A program made the translations under genes and the position numbers. A stretch of DNA of 62,158 nucleotides, taken from the NCBI GenBank assembly GCA_016929645.1, contig JAFGIK010000072.1:1-62158 (forward strand), written 5' to 3'. The notes under the pieces were generated by a model. That model was not told where the DNA came from. It was given only the letters and a program-made list of their open reading frames with translations, and ran no database searches. This DNA is from Candidatus Dojkabacteria bacterium (GTDB taxonomy: Bacteria; Patescibacteriota; Dojkabacteria; SC72; JAFGCJ01). Below, piece by piece: positions 25,762-35,287 of the stretch; position 1 is the first letter of the stretch; every line of letters starts with the position of its first letter.

Positions 25762-27375
25762 ATGTCAAAAAAAGAATCAGTGAAAAAAGATAAAGTTAAT
25801 CTTGAATATCGACCACCTGTTGTGGCTCTACTTGGTCATGTTGATCATGGTAAAACTACAATATTAGATAAAATCCGTAAAACTTCAATTCAAAATGCAG
25901 AAGTCGGTGGTATTACTCAATGCATTTCCGTTTCAAGTATAAAATACGAGGGTAAAGATATAACATTTATTGATACCCCTGGTCATGAGTCATTTGATTT
26001 GATGAGATCAAGAGGCGGTGAAGTTGCTGATATTATTTTGCTTATTGTTTCATCAAAAGATGGAGTCAAGCCTCAGACAAAGGAGTCCATTGAAATAATT
26101 AATAGTACTGGGACATATTGCATTGTTGTGATAAATAAATACGATATCCCCGGTATTGATTTGGAGAAAGTAAAACGAGATATTTCCAGTGCTGGTTTGA
26201 CGGTAGAATCTCTTGGTGGAGATATTCCATGTGTCGAGCTTAATGCTAAAACAGGTGAAAATATTGAAGGACTTCTTGAGATGATTAATCTTGTTGCTGA
26301 AGTAAATAAGATTAACGTGAAAAAGGAAACTGACAGTAAAAAATTTGTTGGTTGTGCGTTCATATTAGAATCATGTAAAGATAATAGTATTGGTAATGTA
26401 TCTACAGTTCTTGTTATTTCAGGAACTCTTAAAAAAGGTGACTACATTATTTACTCAAAGAATAATAAGCTTATCAAAGAGAAGATCAAGGGCTTTATTT
26501 CACCAAATGGACTTTGTGTAAGCTCAATAGACGAGGGGTATGGTGGTCAAATCATTGGATTATCAAATGTTCCAGAGCTTGGGAGTAGGATTTATTCTGT
26601 TATATCAGATTCTATTGATTTATCCGAACTTTTTACTAAGGAGATACCTGTATCAGAACTTGTATCAAAAACTGAATCAGATAAAGAAGTTTTGGCTGAA
26701 AAATCAACCTCAGATCTTTTGGCTGAAATGTATCAAGCTCAAAATCATCAAAATAATAAAAAGGGCGGTGAGATTGTTGTATTAAATGTTATTATTCGAG
26801 CTTCAACCCAGGGAGCACTTGATGCTGTACAAAACAGTCTAAAGGAACAAAATAAAGGTACGGAGATAATAAGAATAATTGACGCTTCCATTGGGAGTGT
26901 GACCCTAAATGACGTGATATATGCAAAAAACATGGGCAGTATTGTTATTGGGTTTGGGGTAAATATAGATAAAGCAGCTGAGGAATATGCTAGAAGAGAG
27001 AAAGTACTTACGAGAAGTTACAATCTAATATATGATCTAGTTGATGAAATTACAGATGCAGCCTTAGCTATGCAGGCTCCTGAGGAAAAAGAGGAGATTA
27101 CCGCCAAGTGTAAGGTAAAGCAAATTTTCGTGCTTTCTAACGGATCTAAGGTTATTGGTATGAGAGTTGAAGAAGGAGAGGTTAAAAATGGATTGAAATG
27201 TCGTATTATTCGAGGTCAGGAAATTATTGAGCTTGGTACTATTACTTCAATGAGAATAAATAAAGAGAAGGTTAATAAGGCCTCTAGTGGTATGGATTGT
27301 GGTATTGTTGTCGATACGAAGCATGAAGCTCTAGAGGGCGATATGCTCCATTGTTATCGTATTGTCAAGGGTTAA
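25762..27375 (+). CDS. infB: Translation initiation factor IF-2, short form (no long N-terminal region)
   Basis: RPPVVALLGHVDHGKTTILDKIRKT, FIDTPGHESF, VVINKYD and C-terminal IF-2 domains. Length is 537 aa. Confidence 0.9.
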   Translation: MSKKESVKKDKVNLEYRPPVVALLGHVDHGKTTILDKIRKTSIQNAEVGGITQCISVSSIKYEGKDITFIDTPGHESFDLMRSRGGEVADIILLIVSSKDGVKPQTKESIEIINSTGTYCIVVINKYDIPGIDLEKVKRDISSAGLTVESLGGDIPCVELNAKTGENIEGLLEMINLVAEVNKINVKKETDSKKFVGCAFILESCKDNSIGNVSTVLVISGTLKKGDYIIYSKNNKLIKEKIKGFISPNGLCVSSIDEGYGGQIIGLSNVPELGSRIYSVISDSIDLSELFTKEIPVSELVSKTESDKEVLAEKSTSDLLAEMYQAQNHQNNKKGGEIVVLNVIIRASTQGALDAVQNSLKEQNKGTEIIRIIDASIGSVTLNDVIYAKNMGSIVIGFGVNIDKAAEEYARREKVLTRSYNLIYDLVDEITDAALAMQAPEEKEEITAKCKVKQIFVLSNGSKVIGMRVEEGEVKNGLKCRIIRGQEIIELGTITSMRINKEKVNKASSGMDCGIVVDTKHEALEGDMLHCYRIVKG

Positions 27376-27431
27376 TATTGATGATATAATCTGCCTATAG
27401 GTTTGATTATGTTAGTTCATATTTCATCTTA

Positions 27432-28841
27432 ATGGGTTTACCATTAGATCTTTTTTCTAAGGTCAAAAAGAAAATTTTAGATTCGAAAAACGTATTACTC
27501 TGTATAAATACCAGTGCTTCTTTCGACACTCAAATTTCTGGGTTAGCACTTATTATTTACCTTAAAGATCATAAGAAAAAGTTATCAGTATTTTTTAATG
27601 GAGAACTTTCATCAAAGATGGAAGGCTTCTATTCTGCCTACGAATTTGACAGGATTACTGAGCTTAAGCCTTTGAATTATGTTATTACGATTGATCATAA
27701 GGCTGGTAATATTGAAAAAGTTAGTTATGACGATAAAGATGGTAAATTTAGTCTTTTTATTACTCCTTCAGAAAGTGATTCTGAGTTTGATTTTACTAAT
27801 GTTGCCTATGATAAATCCGGTGGTCAGTATGATCTGATTATTACTTTAGGCGTTAGATCATTATCATGGCTTGGTAACATTTATGAGAAGAATAAATCTA
27901 TATTTGATAATGAAAAAATTATTAATATCAACAATCTATCAGGTAACCAGGATTATGGAAACTATAAACTTGTTGATACAGATAAATCTGTTGCTGAAAC
28001 TGTTTATAGACTTTTACAACAGAACTCAACAGAGTCTTCATCAACTATTGTTCAGTTATTGTTAATGGGATTAATGGATAAGTTCCAATTGTTGCGAATG
28101 ACTGATTACAAGATTTCGACTGTTGAGACAATGATGTCTTTTGTTAGAGCAGGTGGTGATATAAAACGGGCTGTAGATGAAGTTTATTTCAATAAGGATT
28201 TCAAAGGATTTAGTCTTGTTCAAAGGGTTTTTAATAATTTGAAAATAGATAAAAAATCAAAAATTTGCTGGTCTGGTGTTACGACCTTTGATATCAAACA
28301 ATGTGGTATTGGTAAAAAAGATATTCTTCTTGATGGACGAGTTGTTTTTAATATTTCCAATAACTTTAATCTTGCATTTGTTCTTTACGAGGTTGAGGAG
28401 GATGAGGTTTGGGGTGAAGTAGATTCTAATAATGAAAATATCGATGTTAAAAAACTGTTCAACGTGATGAATGCCGTTGGTGACGAAAAAAGAGTCAAAT
28501 TTATAATTAAGGGTAAAAGTCTTGCTCAAGTAGAAACAGAAATTTTAGAATTCATAAAATCTAAGTTACACCTAGAAGAAATAAATCCTGAAGTAAATAT
28601 TACCTCTAATGCGGTTTCTGCAAATATCCCAGAGTCCAGTTCCGGCTCGCAAAATGCACAAAATAATGGAAGTATTGAAACCGGTCAGGCGAATGCCGAT
28701 TCAATTAATGAATCTTCAAGTTATAACGCTGATAAGCCGGAGGGCTTGACAAATGGTGACAATATAAGTAAAAATAGAACTACCCCGATTAATAGGAATA
28801 GCGATAGTCTTGTAATTCCGCCCCCGGTTAACTCGATTTAG
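27432..28841 (+). CDS. DHH/DHHA1-like (NrnA-like) protein with degenerate catalytic motifs and low-complexity tail
   Basis: The layout parallels NrnA. VLLCINTSASFDTQISGLALIIYLKDHKKKLSV sits where H-x-x-P-D-G-D-A-x-G-S is expected. ITIDHKAGN replaces DHH, and VRAGGDIKRA replaces GGGH. The C-terminal 90 aa are S/N-rich. Confidence 0.45.
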   Translation: MGLPLDLFSKVKKKILDSKNVLLCINTSASFDTQISGLALIIYLKDHKKKLSVFFNGELSSKMEGFYSAYEFDRITELKPLNYVITIDHKAGNIEKVSYDDKDGKFSLFITPSESDSEFDFTNVAYDKSGGQYDLIITLGVRSLSWLGNIYEKNKSIFDNEKIININNLSGNQDYGNYKLVDTDKSVAETVYRLLQQNSTESSSTIVQLLLMGLMDKFQLLRMTDYKISTVETMMSFVRAGGDIKRAVDEVYFNKDFKGFSLVQRVFNNLKIDKKSKICWSGVTTFDIKQCGIGKKDILLDGRVVFNISNNFNLAFVLYEVEEDEVWGEVDSNNENIDVKKLFNVMNAVGDEKRVKFIIKGKSLAQVETEILEFIKSKLHLEEINPEVNITSNAVSANIPESSSGSQNAQNNGSIETGQANADSINESSSYNADKPEGLTNGDNISKNRTTPINRNSDSLVIPPPVNSI

Positions 28842-28942
28842 TTATTTATATTAGATTAAGCTACGGAATAGAATCAATTATAAACGGCTTAACAAAGATA
28901 ACTCTTGAATGAATTAATTTAGTATGTTAAATTGAATATAGT

Positions 28943-29209
28943 ATGAGTCTTACTACTGAAGAAAAAAACAATATAATAAAAAAATTTGCTGCTCATGATA
29001 AGGACACGGGTTCACCTGCAGTACAAATTGCAATTCTTACTGAAAGAATTGTTCGCTTAAGTGATCATCTTAAATCTCATAAAAAAGATAATCATTCAAG
29101 ACGAGGTCTACTCAAACTTGTTGGTAAAAGACGAAGACTACTTGAATATCTTAAGGCTAAAGATGAATCTATGTATGGCAAAATTATTAAAGAGATCAAA
29201 GTCAGTTAA
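28943..29209 (+). CDS. rpsO: 30S ribosomal protein S15
   Basis: [49 protein letters not shown]. Confidence 0.95.
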   Translation: MSLTTEEKNNIIKKFAAHDKDTGSPAVQIAILTERIVRLSDHLKSHKKDNHSRRGLLKLVGKRRRLLEYLKAKDESMYGKIIKEIKVS

Positions 29210-29237
29210 GCGCTTTTTTCCCTCAATGATGAATGTC

Positions 29238-29265
29238 AAATACTCGTACTCGAGTATTTTTCTTT
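29238..29265 (+). terminator. Hairpin + T-run between rpsO and pnp (terminator/attenuator)
   Basis: AAATACTCG (29238-46), loop TACT, CGAGTATTT (29251-59), then TTCTTT. Confidence 0.55.
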
Positions 29266-29388
29266 ATTTAGGCCATGTTTTCTTGGTATAGCAATCGTTG
29301 TATTATTCTTATAAAATATAACTAATTATTTTTTTGGAAAATTCAGCATTTTTGCTAATTGATTATTTTAATTTTAATAAATTTTATA

Positions 29389-31557
29389 ATGACTGATAGT
29401 ATTTTTGATGAGATTTTGTATGAATTTGAGTTTCAAGGTAAGAAGTGTTCATTCTCAAGAGGTAAATATGCTCGAAGATCTAATTCGGCTATTTTTGCGA
29501 AAATGGGGGATACTGTTGTTCTTGCTACTGTAGATTACGATAAATCCTCAGAGGTTCCAGATTTTTTCCCATTAACAGTTGAATATATTGAAAGAATGTT
29601 TGCTGGTGGAGTGATTTCTTCTTCTCGATTTATAAAACGAGAAGGTCATCCATCAACAGAGGCAGTTTTGAGCTCAAGGATGATTGACAGATCTATACGA
29701 TCGAGATTTCCATCTGACTTTAGAATGCCAGTACAAGTAGTATTAACTGTTCTAAGTTTTGATCCAGAATGTGATCCAGTAATTCTTGGGATGAGTGCAA
29801 TATCGTTGGCATTAAGTCTATCAGATGTACCTTTTGATGGTCCTATTGCTGGAGTTAGAATGGGTTATGACGGAGAGAAGGTAATTCCTTTTATAAAAAA
29901 TTTGGCGGATACAGACCAGAGTATGGAAGATCGTGGTTCTAAACTCAACCTCGTGATCGGTACTGACGGAGAAATTGTAACAATGATTGATTCTGATAGT
30001 GAAGAAGTATCTGAGGATGTCATTATTAATGGAATGAATGAGGGACTGGAAGTATCTAAAGAGCTAATAAATGCACAAAAGAAATTTATTGAACTTTTTA
30101 CAGAGAAGAATCCTGATTTTCATAAAGCAACATATGAACCATACGTAATTCCTAAAGATTTGATAAGCGAGATTAAGAAAAACAAGAAATCCCAGATGGA
30201 ATCCATACTTGATCTTGATAACATGACAGAAAAAGATAAAGCAAATGAAGAGCTCAAAGCTTTGGCATTCAAGGAATACGAAGGTAAATATTCTAAAAGT
30301 CAGATTAGTGATGCTTATGATTATGTGTCGAAGTTGATTGTTCGCGATTGGATTGTAAATGATAAAAGAAGGACTGATGGTAGAGCTCTTGATGAGATTA
30401 GGCCAATTGCGATGGAAATAGGCGTGCTTCCAAGAGCACATGGATCTGCGATGTTTAATCGAGGAAATACTCAAGCGATAACCGTAACGACATTAGGTTC
30501 AGGAAGGCTTGCGCAGTTAGTTCAGGGTATGGAGGGTGAAGGTACAAGAAGATATATGCATCACTACAATGCACCAGATTATACAGTTGGATGTGCAGGT
30601 CAGTATAAGTATTTTCCAAAAAGAAGAGAACTTGGTCATGGAGCGTTAGCAGAGAAAGCGTTAATGCATGTTATTCCTGGCCAGGAAGAATTTCCTTATA
30701 CAATCAGAGTAGTTAGTGAAATTATGTCTCAATCGGGATCCAGCTCAATGGCTTCTGTATGTGGATCAACATTATCTTTGATGGATGCTGGTGTTCCAAT
30801 TAAAAAACCAGTAGCTGGAATTGCAATTGGCGTTGTAACAGGCGAAACTATGGATGACTTTACAATTCTTACAGATATTGCTGAATATGAGGATTTCTTT
30901 GGTGATATGGATTTTAAGGTAGCAGGAACAAGAGATGGTATTACGGCAATTCAAATGGATAATAAACTTAATGGTATTTCAGTTAAGATTTTTGAAGAAG
31001 CTTTGGAAGCTGCTAAAAAAGCGAGATTCCAGCTTATAGATATGATAGAGGACACAATAAGTGCACCTAAAGAACACCTTTCTATTTATGCACCAAAGAT
31101 TGAAACAGTAAAAATTCCAACAGATAAAATTGGAATGTTGGTTGGCCCTGGAGGCAAGAATATCAAAGCATTAATTGAAAGTACAGGAACCGACATAGAG
31201 ATTGATGATAATGGTTTAGTTTCTGTTTCTTCTATTGATGAAGAGAGTAGGAAAAAGGCAATTGATCATATTAAATCAATGTTTGAAGAGCCTGAAGTAG
31301 GGAAAATTTATCGCGGAACTGTCGGGAAAATTATGGATTTCGGAGTATTTGTTGATATTAATCCTAACTTCTCTGGACTTGTTCATATTTCTGAGCTTTC
31401 AGATAGCTTTGTGAAAGACCCGAGTACTGTTGTGAAAGAGGGACAACAAGTTGATGTTATGTTTATTGGTCTTGATGATAAGGGTCGTGCTAAAATGTCT
31501 ATAAAGAAAGTTAAGAAAAATAAAGATAATGGATCAAACCCTTCAAAAACAGATTAA
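29389..31557 (+). CDS. pnp: Polyribonucleotide nucleotidyltransferase (PNPase)
   Basis: Two RNase PH domains (FPLTVEYIERMFAGG; RTDGRALDEIRPI; GSSSMASVCGSTLSLMDAGVPIKKPVAGIAIG; DFLGDMDFKVAGT-like FFGDMDFKVAGT), plus KH and S1 domains. ATG at 29389 is preferred over the TTG at 29359. Confidence 0.95.
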   Translation: MTDSIFDEILYEFEFQGKKCSFSRGKYARRSNSAIFAKMGDTVVLATVDYDKSSEVPDFFPLTVEYIERMFAGGVISSSRFIKREGHPSTEAVLSSRMIDRSIRSRFPSDFRMPVQVVLTVLSFDPECDPVILGMSAISLALSLSDVPFDGPIAGVRMGYDGEKVIPFIKNLADTDQSMEDRGSKLNLVIGTDGEIVTMIDSDSEEVSEDVIINGMNEGLEVSKELINAQKKFIELFTEKNPDFHKATYEPYVIPKDLISEIKKNKKSQMESILDLDNMTEKDKANEELKALAFKEYEGKYSKSQISDAYDYVSKLIVRDWIVNDKRRTDGRALDEIRPIAMEIGVLPRAHGSAMFNRGNTQAITVTTLGSGRLAQLVQGMEGEGTRRYMHHYNAPDYTVGCAGQYKYFPKRRELGHGALAEKALMHVIPGQEEFPYTIRVVSEIMSQSGSSSMASVCGSTLSLMDAGVPIKKPVAGIAIGVVTGETMDDFTILTDIAEYEDFFGDMDFKVAGTRDGITAIQMDNKLNGISVKIFEEALEAAKKARFQLIDMIEDTISAPKEHLSIYAPKIETVKIPTDKIGMLVGPGGKNIKALIESTGTDIEIDDNGLVSVSSIDEESRKKAIDHIKSMFEEPEVGKIYRGTVGKIMDFGVFVDINPNFSGLVHISELSDSFVKDPSTVVKEGQQVDVMFIGLDDKGRAKMSIKKVKKNKDNGSNPSKTD

Positions 31558-32758
31558 TGTTCAAGATATGACTCAACCGGCTTCGACTGCGAATGCCAAT
31601 TTAAATGGTTCAAATGAGATGATTGAAGAGATTGAACTTCTTGGTAATAAGGTTGCCAAGTCAACTATTCCGGATGAGATGAGAGACCGACTTGATCAGA
31701 TGATTGATAGACTTCGTCGTATGGCCAAACTTGGTAGTTATTCTGGAGAATTTGAACTTATCCAAAAGTATATTGATTGGGTTGTAAGTATCCCATGGAA
31801 TACTTACACACAAGATAGAATTGATCTTGTGGAAGCTAAAAAAATAATGGACTCCAACCACTATGGTATGAATTCTGTAAAGGATCTCATTCTTGATTAT
31901 CTTGCAGTTATGCAGCTCCAGTTGAGAAAAGATCAGGAAATGAAATCTGGGGTGAATCCTATTCTTTCGGGAGGTTCTCAAGAAACAGTCCAGAACAACG
32001 ATATGTCTAAATTGCAGGGATCATCATCTCACGCACCCATTATTTGCTTTGTTGGATTGCAAGGTGTCGGTAAGACAACTATGGCTAAATCAATAGCTCA
32101 GGCACTTGGCAGGAAGTTTGTAAGGGTTGCTCTGGGTGCACTTGGAAGTGTTACTCAACTTAGAGGACAATCTCGTGCGTATCTTGATGCAGAGCCAGGT
32201 CAAATTGTTAAAGCTTTGGTAAGAGTTAAATCAATGAATCCAGTTATTCTTCTTGATGAGATTGATAAAGTAAGTGGTCAGAAAGGTTTGTTGAGTGATG
32301 TTATGGCTGCATTACTCGAAATTCTTGATCCTGAACAAAATAGTACTTTTATTGATCATTATCTTGATTTTCCGCTAGATCTTTCAAATATAATGTTTGT
32401 TTGTACCGCAAATAACCTTGGAACTTTGTCTGCAGCACTACTTGATAGACTTGAGATTGTCAGATTTACAAGTTACTCAGATGAGGAAAAAACAGTTATT
32501 GCTAAAAATTATCTGATGGAAAAAGTATTAAAGTCGACATCGCTTAGACCTGAGCAGCTTGAGATTTCTCCTGATGTTTGGCCATATATTGTAAGACCAC
32601 TTGGTTTTGATGCTGGTATTCGACAGCTAGAGAGGAATCTGACGTCTCTATGCAGACGTGCAGCAAGGAAAGTCATCGAGGAAAATGTTGAAAAGGTTGT
32701 AGTGACGATGGACAATATAAAACAATTCATGCCGGAAGGCATTGGTACATTGAGCTAA
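31529..32758 (+). CDS. Lon-like AAA+ ATPase module without protease domain and without the LON N-domain
   Basis: Lon signature stretch YIDWVVSIPWNTYTQDRIDLVEAKKIMDSNHYGMNSVKDLILDYLAV. Walker A is GLQGVGKTTMAKSIAQALGRKFVRVALG and Walker B is VILLDEIDKV. TANNLGTLSAALLDRLEIVRF and GIRQLERNL are also present. The ORF ends where Lon_C would begin. The start is uncertain (31529 overlaps pnp; the alternative ATG is 31568). Confidence 0.7.
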   Translation: MDQTLQKQINVQDMTQPASTANANLNGSNEMIEEIELLGNKVAKSTIPDEMRDRLDQMIDRLRRMAKLGSYSGEFELIQKYIDWVVSIPWNTYTQDRIDLVEAKKIMDSNHYGMNSVKDLILDYLAVMQLQLRKDQEMKSGVNPILSGGSQETVQNNDMSKLQGSSSHAPIICFVGLQGVGKTTMAKSIAQALGRKFVRVALGALGSVTQLRGQSRAYLDAEPGQIVKALVRVKSMNPVILLDEIDKVSGQKGLLSDVMAALLEILDPEQNSTFIDHYLDFPLDLSNIMFVCTANNLGTLSAALLDRLEIVRFTSYSDEEKTVIAKNYLMEKVLKSTSLRPEQLEISPDVWPYIVRPLGFDAGIRQLERNLTSLCRRAARKVIEENVEKVVVTMDNIKQFMPEGIGTLS

Positions 32759-32790
32759 TGACTGATTACTGATTTGTACAGGGATAAAAA

Positions 32791-33456
32791 ATGACACTCG
32801 AAGAGTTAAACGAAAGTTGTAAAAAATGCGATAAATGCAGGTTAAGAAAAGGTGCAACTCAGGTTGTGCCTGGAGCAGGTTCGGAGCATGCAGAGATAAT
32901 GTTTATAGGTGAGGGACCTGGGGAAACAGAAGATAAACAGGGATTGCCTTTTGTCGGTGCTGCGGGTCGATTTCTCAACGAACTTTTAAAGAGTATTAAT
33001 CTTAATCGAGAAGATGTTTACATTGCGAATATGGTGAAATGCAGACCTCCAGGAAACCGTGATCCTCAAGAGGATGAGATTCAAGCATGTAAAGGTTGGT
33101 TAAATCAACAGATTAAAGTAATCCAACCCAAGATTTTTGTACCGCTGGGAAGATTCGCAATGTATAAATTCCTTAAAGGGACATCTATATCAAAAGAACA
33201 CGGTAAAATATACTCTCGATCTGGTAAAGTCTATTTTGTAATGTATCACCCTGCTGTGGCCTTATACAATGGAGCTATGAGACCAATATTGCTTGAAGAT
33301 ATTAAAAAATTGAGACTTTTTTTGGATGGGAAGCTTGATGCACAATCTCTGAATGATACTGTTTCAAAAATCATATCAGAAAAAGAAACTTTGAAAAAAG
33401 AACAAAACAAAAATCAAGGGAACAAAGATTCAAGTCAATTTAAAATGACAATTTAA
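32791..33456 (+). CDS. udg: Uracil-DNA glycosylase, family 4 (Fe-S type)
   Basis: CKKCDKCRL...VVPGAGSEHAEIMFIGEGPGETEDKQGLPFVGAAGRFLNELL...YIANMVKCRPPGNRDP...HPA. Confidence 0.85.
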   Translation: MTLEELNESCKKCDKCRLRKGATQVVPGAGSEHAEIMFIGEGPGETEDKQGLPFVGAAGRFLNELLKSINLNREDVYIANMVKCRPPGNRDPQEDEIQACKGWLNQQIKVIQPKIFVPLGRFAMYKFLKGTSISKEHGKIYSRSGKVYFVMYHPAVALYNGAMRPILLEDIKKLRLFLDGKLDAQSLNDTVSKIISEKETLKKEQNKNQGNKDSSQFKMTI

Positions 33457-33506
33457 GTTCCTGATTAATTGTTTATGATATTAAATTTTATTGAAAAAAA
33501 TAATAA

Positions 33507-35195
33507 ATGAGTGAAAATGCGAAATTAAAAGTTATGGCCTTTGGTGGGGTTGAAGATTTAACACGAAATTGTTATGTGATTGAATATGGAAGAGATATCC
33601 TGATTGTTGATCTTGGCTTAAGTTTTCCGGATTATATGATGCCAGGAATTGATTACTTGATTCCTGATGTAAATTATTTGAAGCAGAATAAAGATCGAAT
33701 TGTTGGTATAGTTATTTCTCATTCACATCTTGATCACGTTGGAGCTATACCTCACGTAATTGAAGAGCTTGGATTTCCACCGATTTATTGTAGAAACTTT
33801 ACATTTGAATTTGTTAAGGAAAAATTAAAAGAATACAAACTTGATAAGCGAGTTACGTTTAAACAAATAGAGGTTAATACTTCGTGCAAGGTAGGACGTT
33901 TTGAAATTAGATTAATCTCCGTTACTCATTCAATTCCTGAGGCATCTGCAGTTTATGTTAAAACTCCTGGTGGAAATGTAATTTACACAGGGGATTATAA
34001 ATTTGAGGAAAATCCTATTACTGGGAATAATACTGATGAGGAACAGTTGATGCAAGCTTCCCGTGAGGGAATTGATCTTGCCCTTATGGATAGTACTGGA
34101 GTTTTTAATGAACACGAATCCGCATCAGAAGAAGATGTCGCTAAAGTTCTGGAACGTCTGATTAAATTTTCAAGATCAAGGGTATTAGTTGCGACTTTCT
34201 CATCTTCTGGTCCAAGGCTTTATTCTTTGATTGAAATTGCAAAGAAACTTAACAAAAAAGTAGTAATTACAGGAAGAAGTTTACGTACAAATATCGATAT
34301 CATGAGGAAGCTCAAGTATATTATTTGTTCAGATGACTTATTTGTACTTGATAAAAATATTGGTAATTACGACCCGTCTGAATTACTAATTCTTGCAACA
34401 GGGACTCAAGGAGAGGAAATGTCAGCTTTAGCAAGGATTTCCCGAGTAGTTCATCCATCGATAAAGCTTAATACTGATGATACTGTTATACTTTCTTCAT
34501 CCGTAATACCGGGTAATAATGAGCCTATTCAGAGATTAATTGACAGTTTGCTTAAAATTGGAGCAAGGGTTTTCCATCAATCTTTCATTGATGTCCATTC
34601 TCATGGTCATGGATCTCAAGATCATATGAAGAAGATGTATGAAATACTTAAGCCAAGGTATGTTATGCCTGTTCATGGTTGGCCATCGTTTATTCATGAA
34701 TTTGAACACTTGTTAAAGAAATGGGGACATGATCCAAAGAAAATTTTAATTTCCGATTCCGCCAGGATTTTTACTTTAGATAATCTAGGAGAATTATGGA
34801 AAAAAGGTGATAAAATTAAGTACAACGATGTGTACATTGATGGAGGTAGAGTTCTTGCAAATGCTGAATCAGTGATTAATGATCGAGTTAACCTTTCTCA
34901 ATCCGGTATAATTGTATTATTCCTTGAAACTGGAAATAATTTTCGAAAACTAAATAAAGTACGCTTAACCTCACGAGGGTTCATAGATGAAAAGTCTAAC
35001 GTGAAATATATTAATGATCTCAAAGATCTTGTCAGAAGATCTTTTAATAATTTTATCCAAAATCAAGAAGAAAGGCCTGATAAAAAAGAATTTTTCAACA
35101 AAATAAAGCGAAAAATATCAAGAGATCTAATTAAATCAATTCTTGATAGAACTCAAAGAAGAAAAAATCCAGTAGTGTTAGTAGATATTGAATAA
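33507..35195 (+). CDS. rnj: Ribonuclease J (metallo-beta-lactamase/beta-CASP)
   Basis: ISHSHLDHVGAIP (HxHxDH motif), ISVTHSIPEASAVYVKTPGGNVIYTGDYKF, HSHGHGSQDHMKKM. Length is 562 aa. Confidence 0.85.
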   Translation: MSENAKLKVMAFGGVEDLTRNCYVIEYGRDILIVDLGLSFPDYMMPGIDYLIPDVNYLKQNKDRIVGIVISHSHLDHVGAIPHVIEELGFPPIYCRNFTFEFVKEKLKEYKLDKRVTFKQIEVNTSCKVGRFEIRLISVTHSIPEASAVYVKTPGGNVIYTGDYKFEENPITGNNTDEEQLMQASREGIDLALMDSTGVFNEHESASEEDVAKVLERLIKFSRSRVLVATFSSSGPRLYSLIEIAKKLNKKVVITGRSLRTNIDIMRKLKYIICSDDLFVLDKNIGNYDPSELLILATGTQGEEMSALARISRVVHPSIKLNTDDTVILSSSVIPGNNEPIQRLIDSLLKIGARVFHQSFIDVHSHGHGSQDHMKKMYEILKPRYVMPVHGWPSFIHEFEHLLKKWGHDPKKILISDSARIFTLDNLGELWKKGDKIKYNDVYIDGGRVLANAESVINDRVNLSQSGIIVLFLETGNNFRKLNKVRLTSRGFIDEKSNVKYINDLKDLVRRSFNNFIQNQEERPDKKEFFNKIKRKISRDLIKSILDRTQRRKNPVVLVDIE

Positions 35196-35287
35196 TATAC
35201 AATTTTGGTAATGGTAATAATGTGACAGAATTATATGATAATAGGAAAACGTTGTTACTGTAGCACAATTTGATTCTTTGAAATTGG

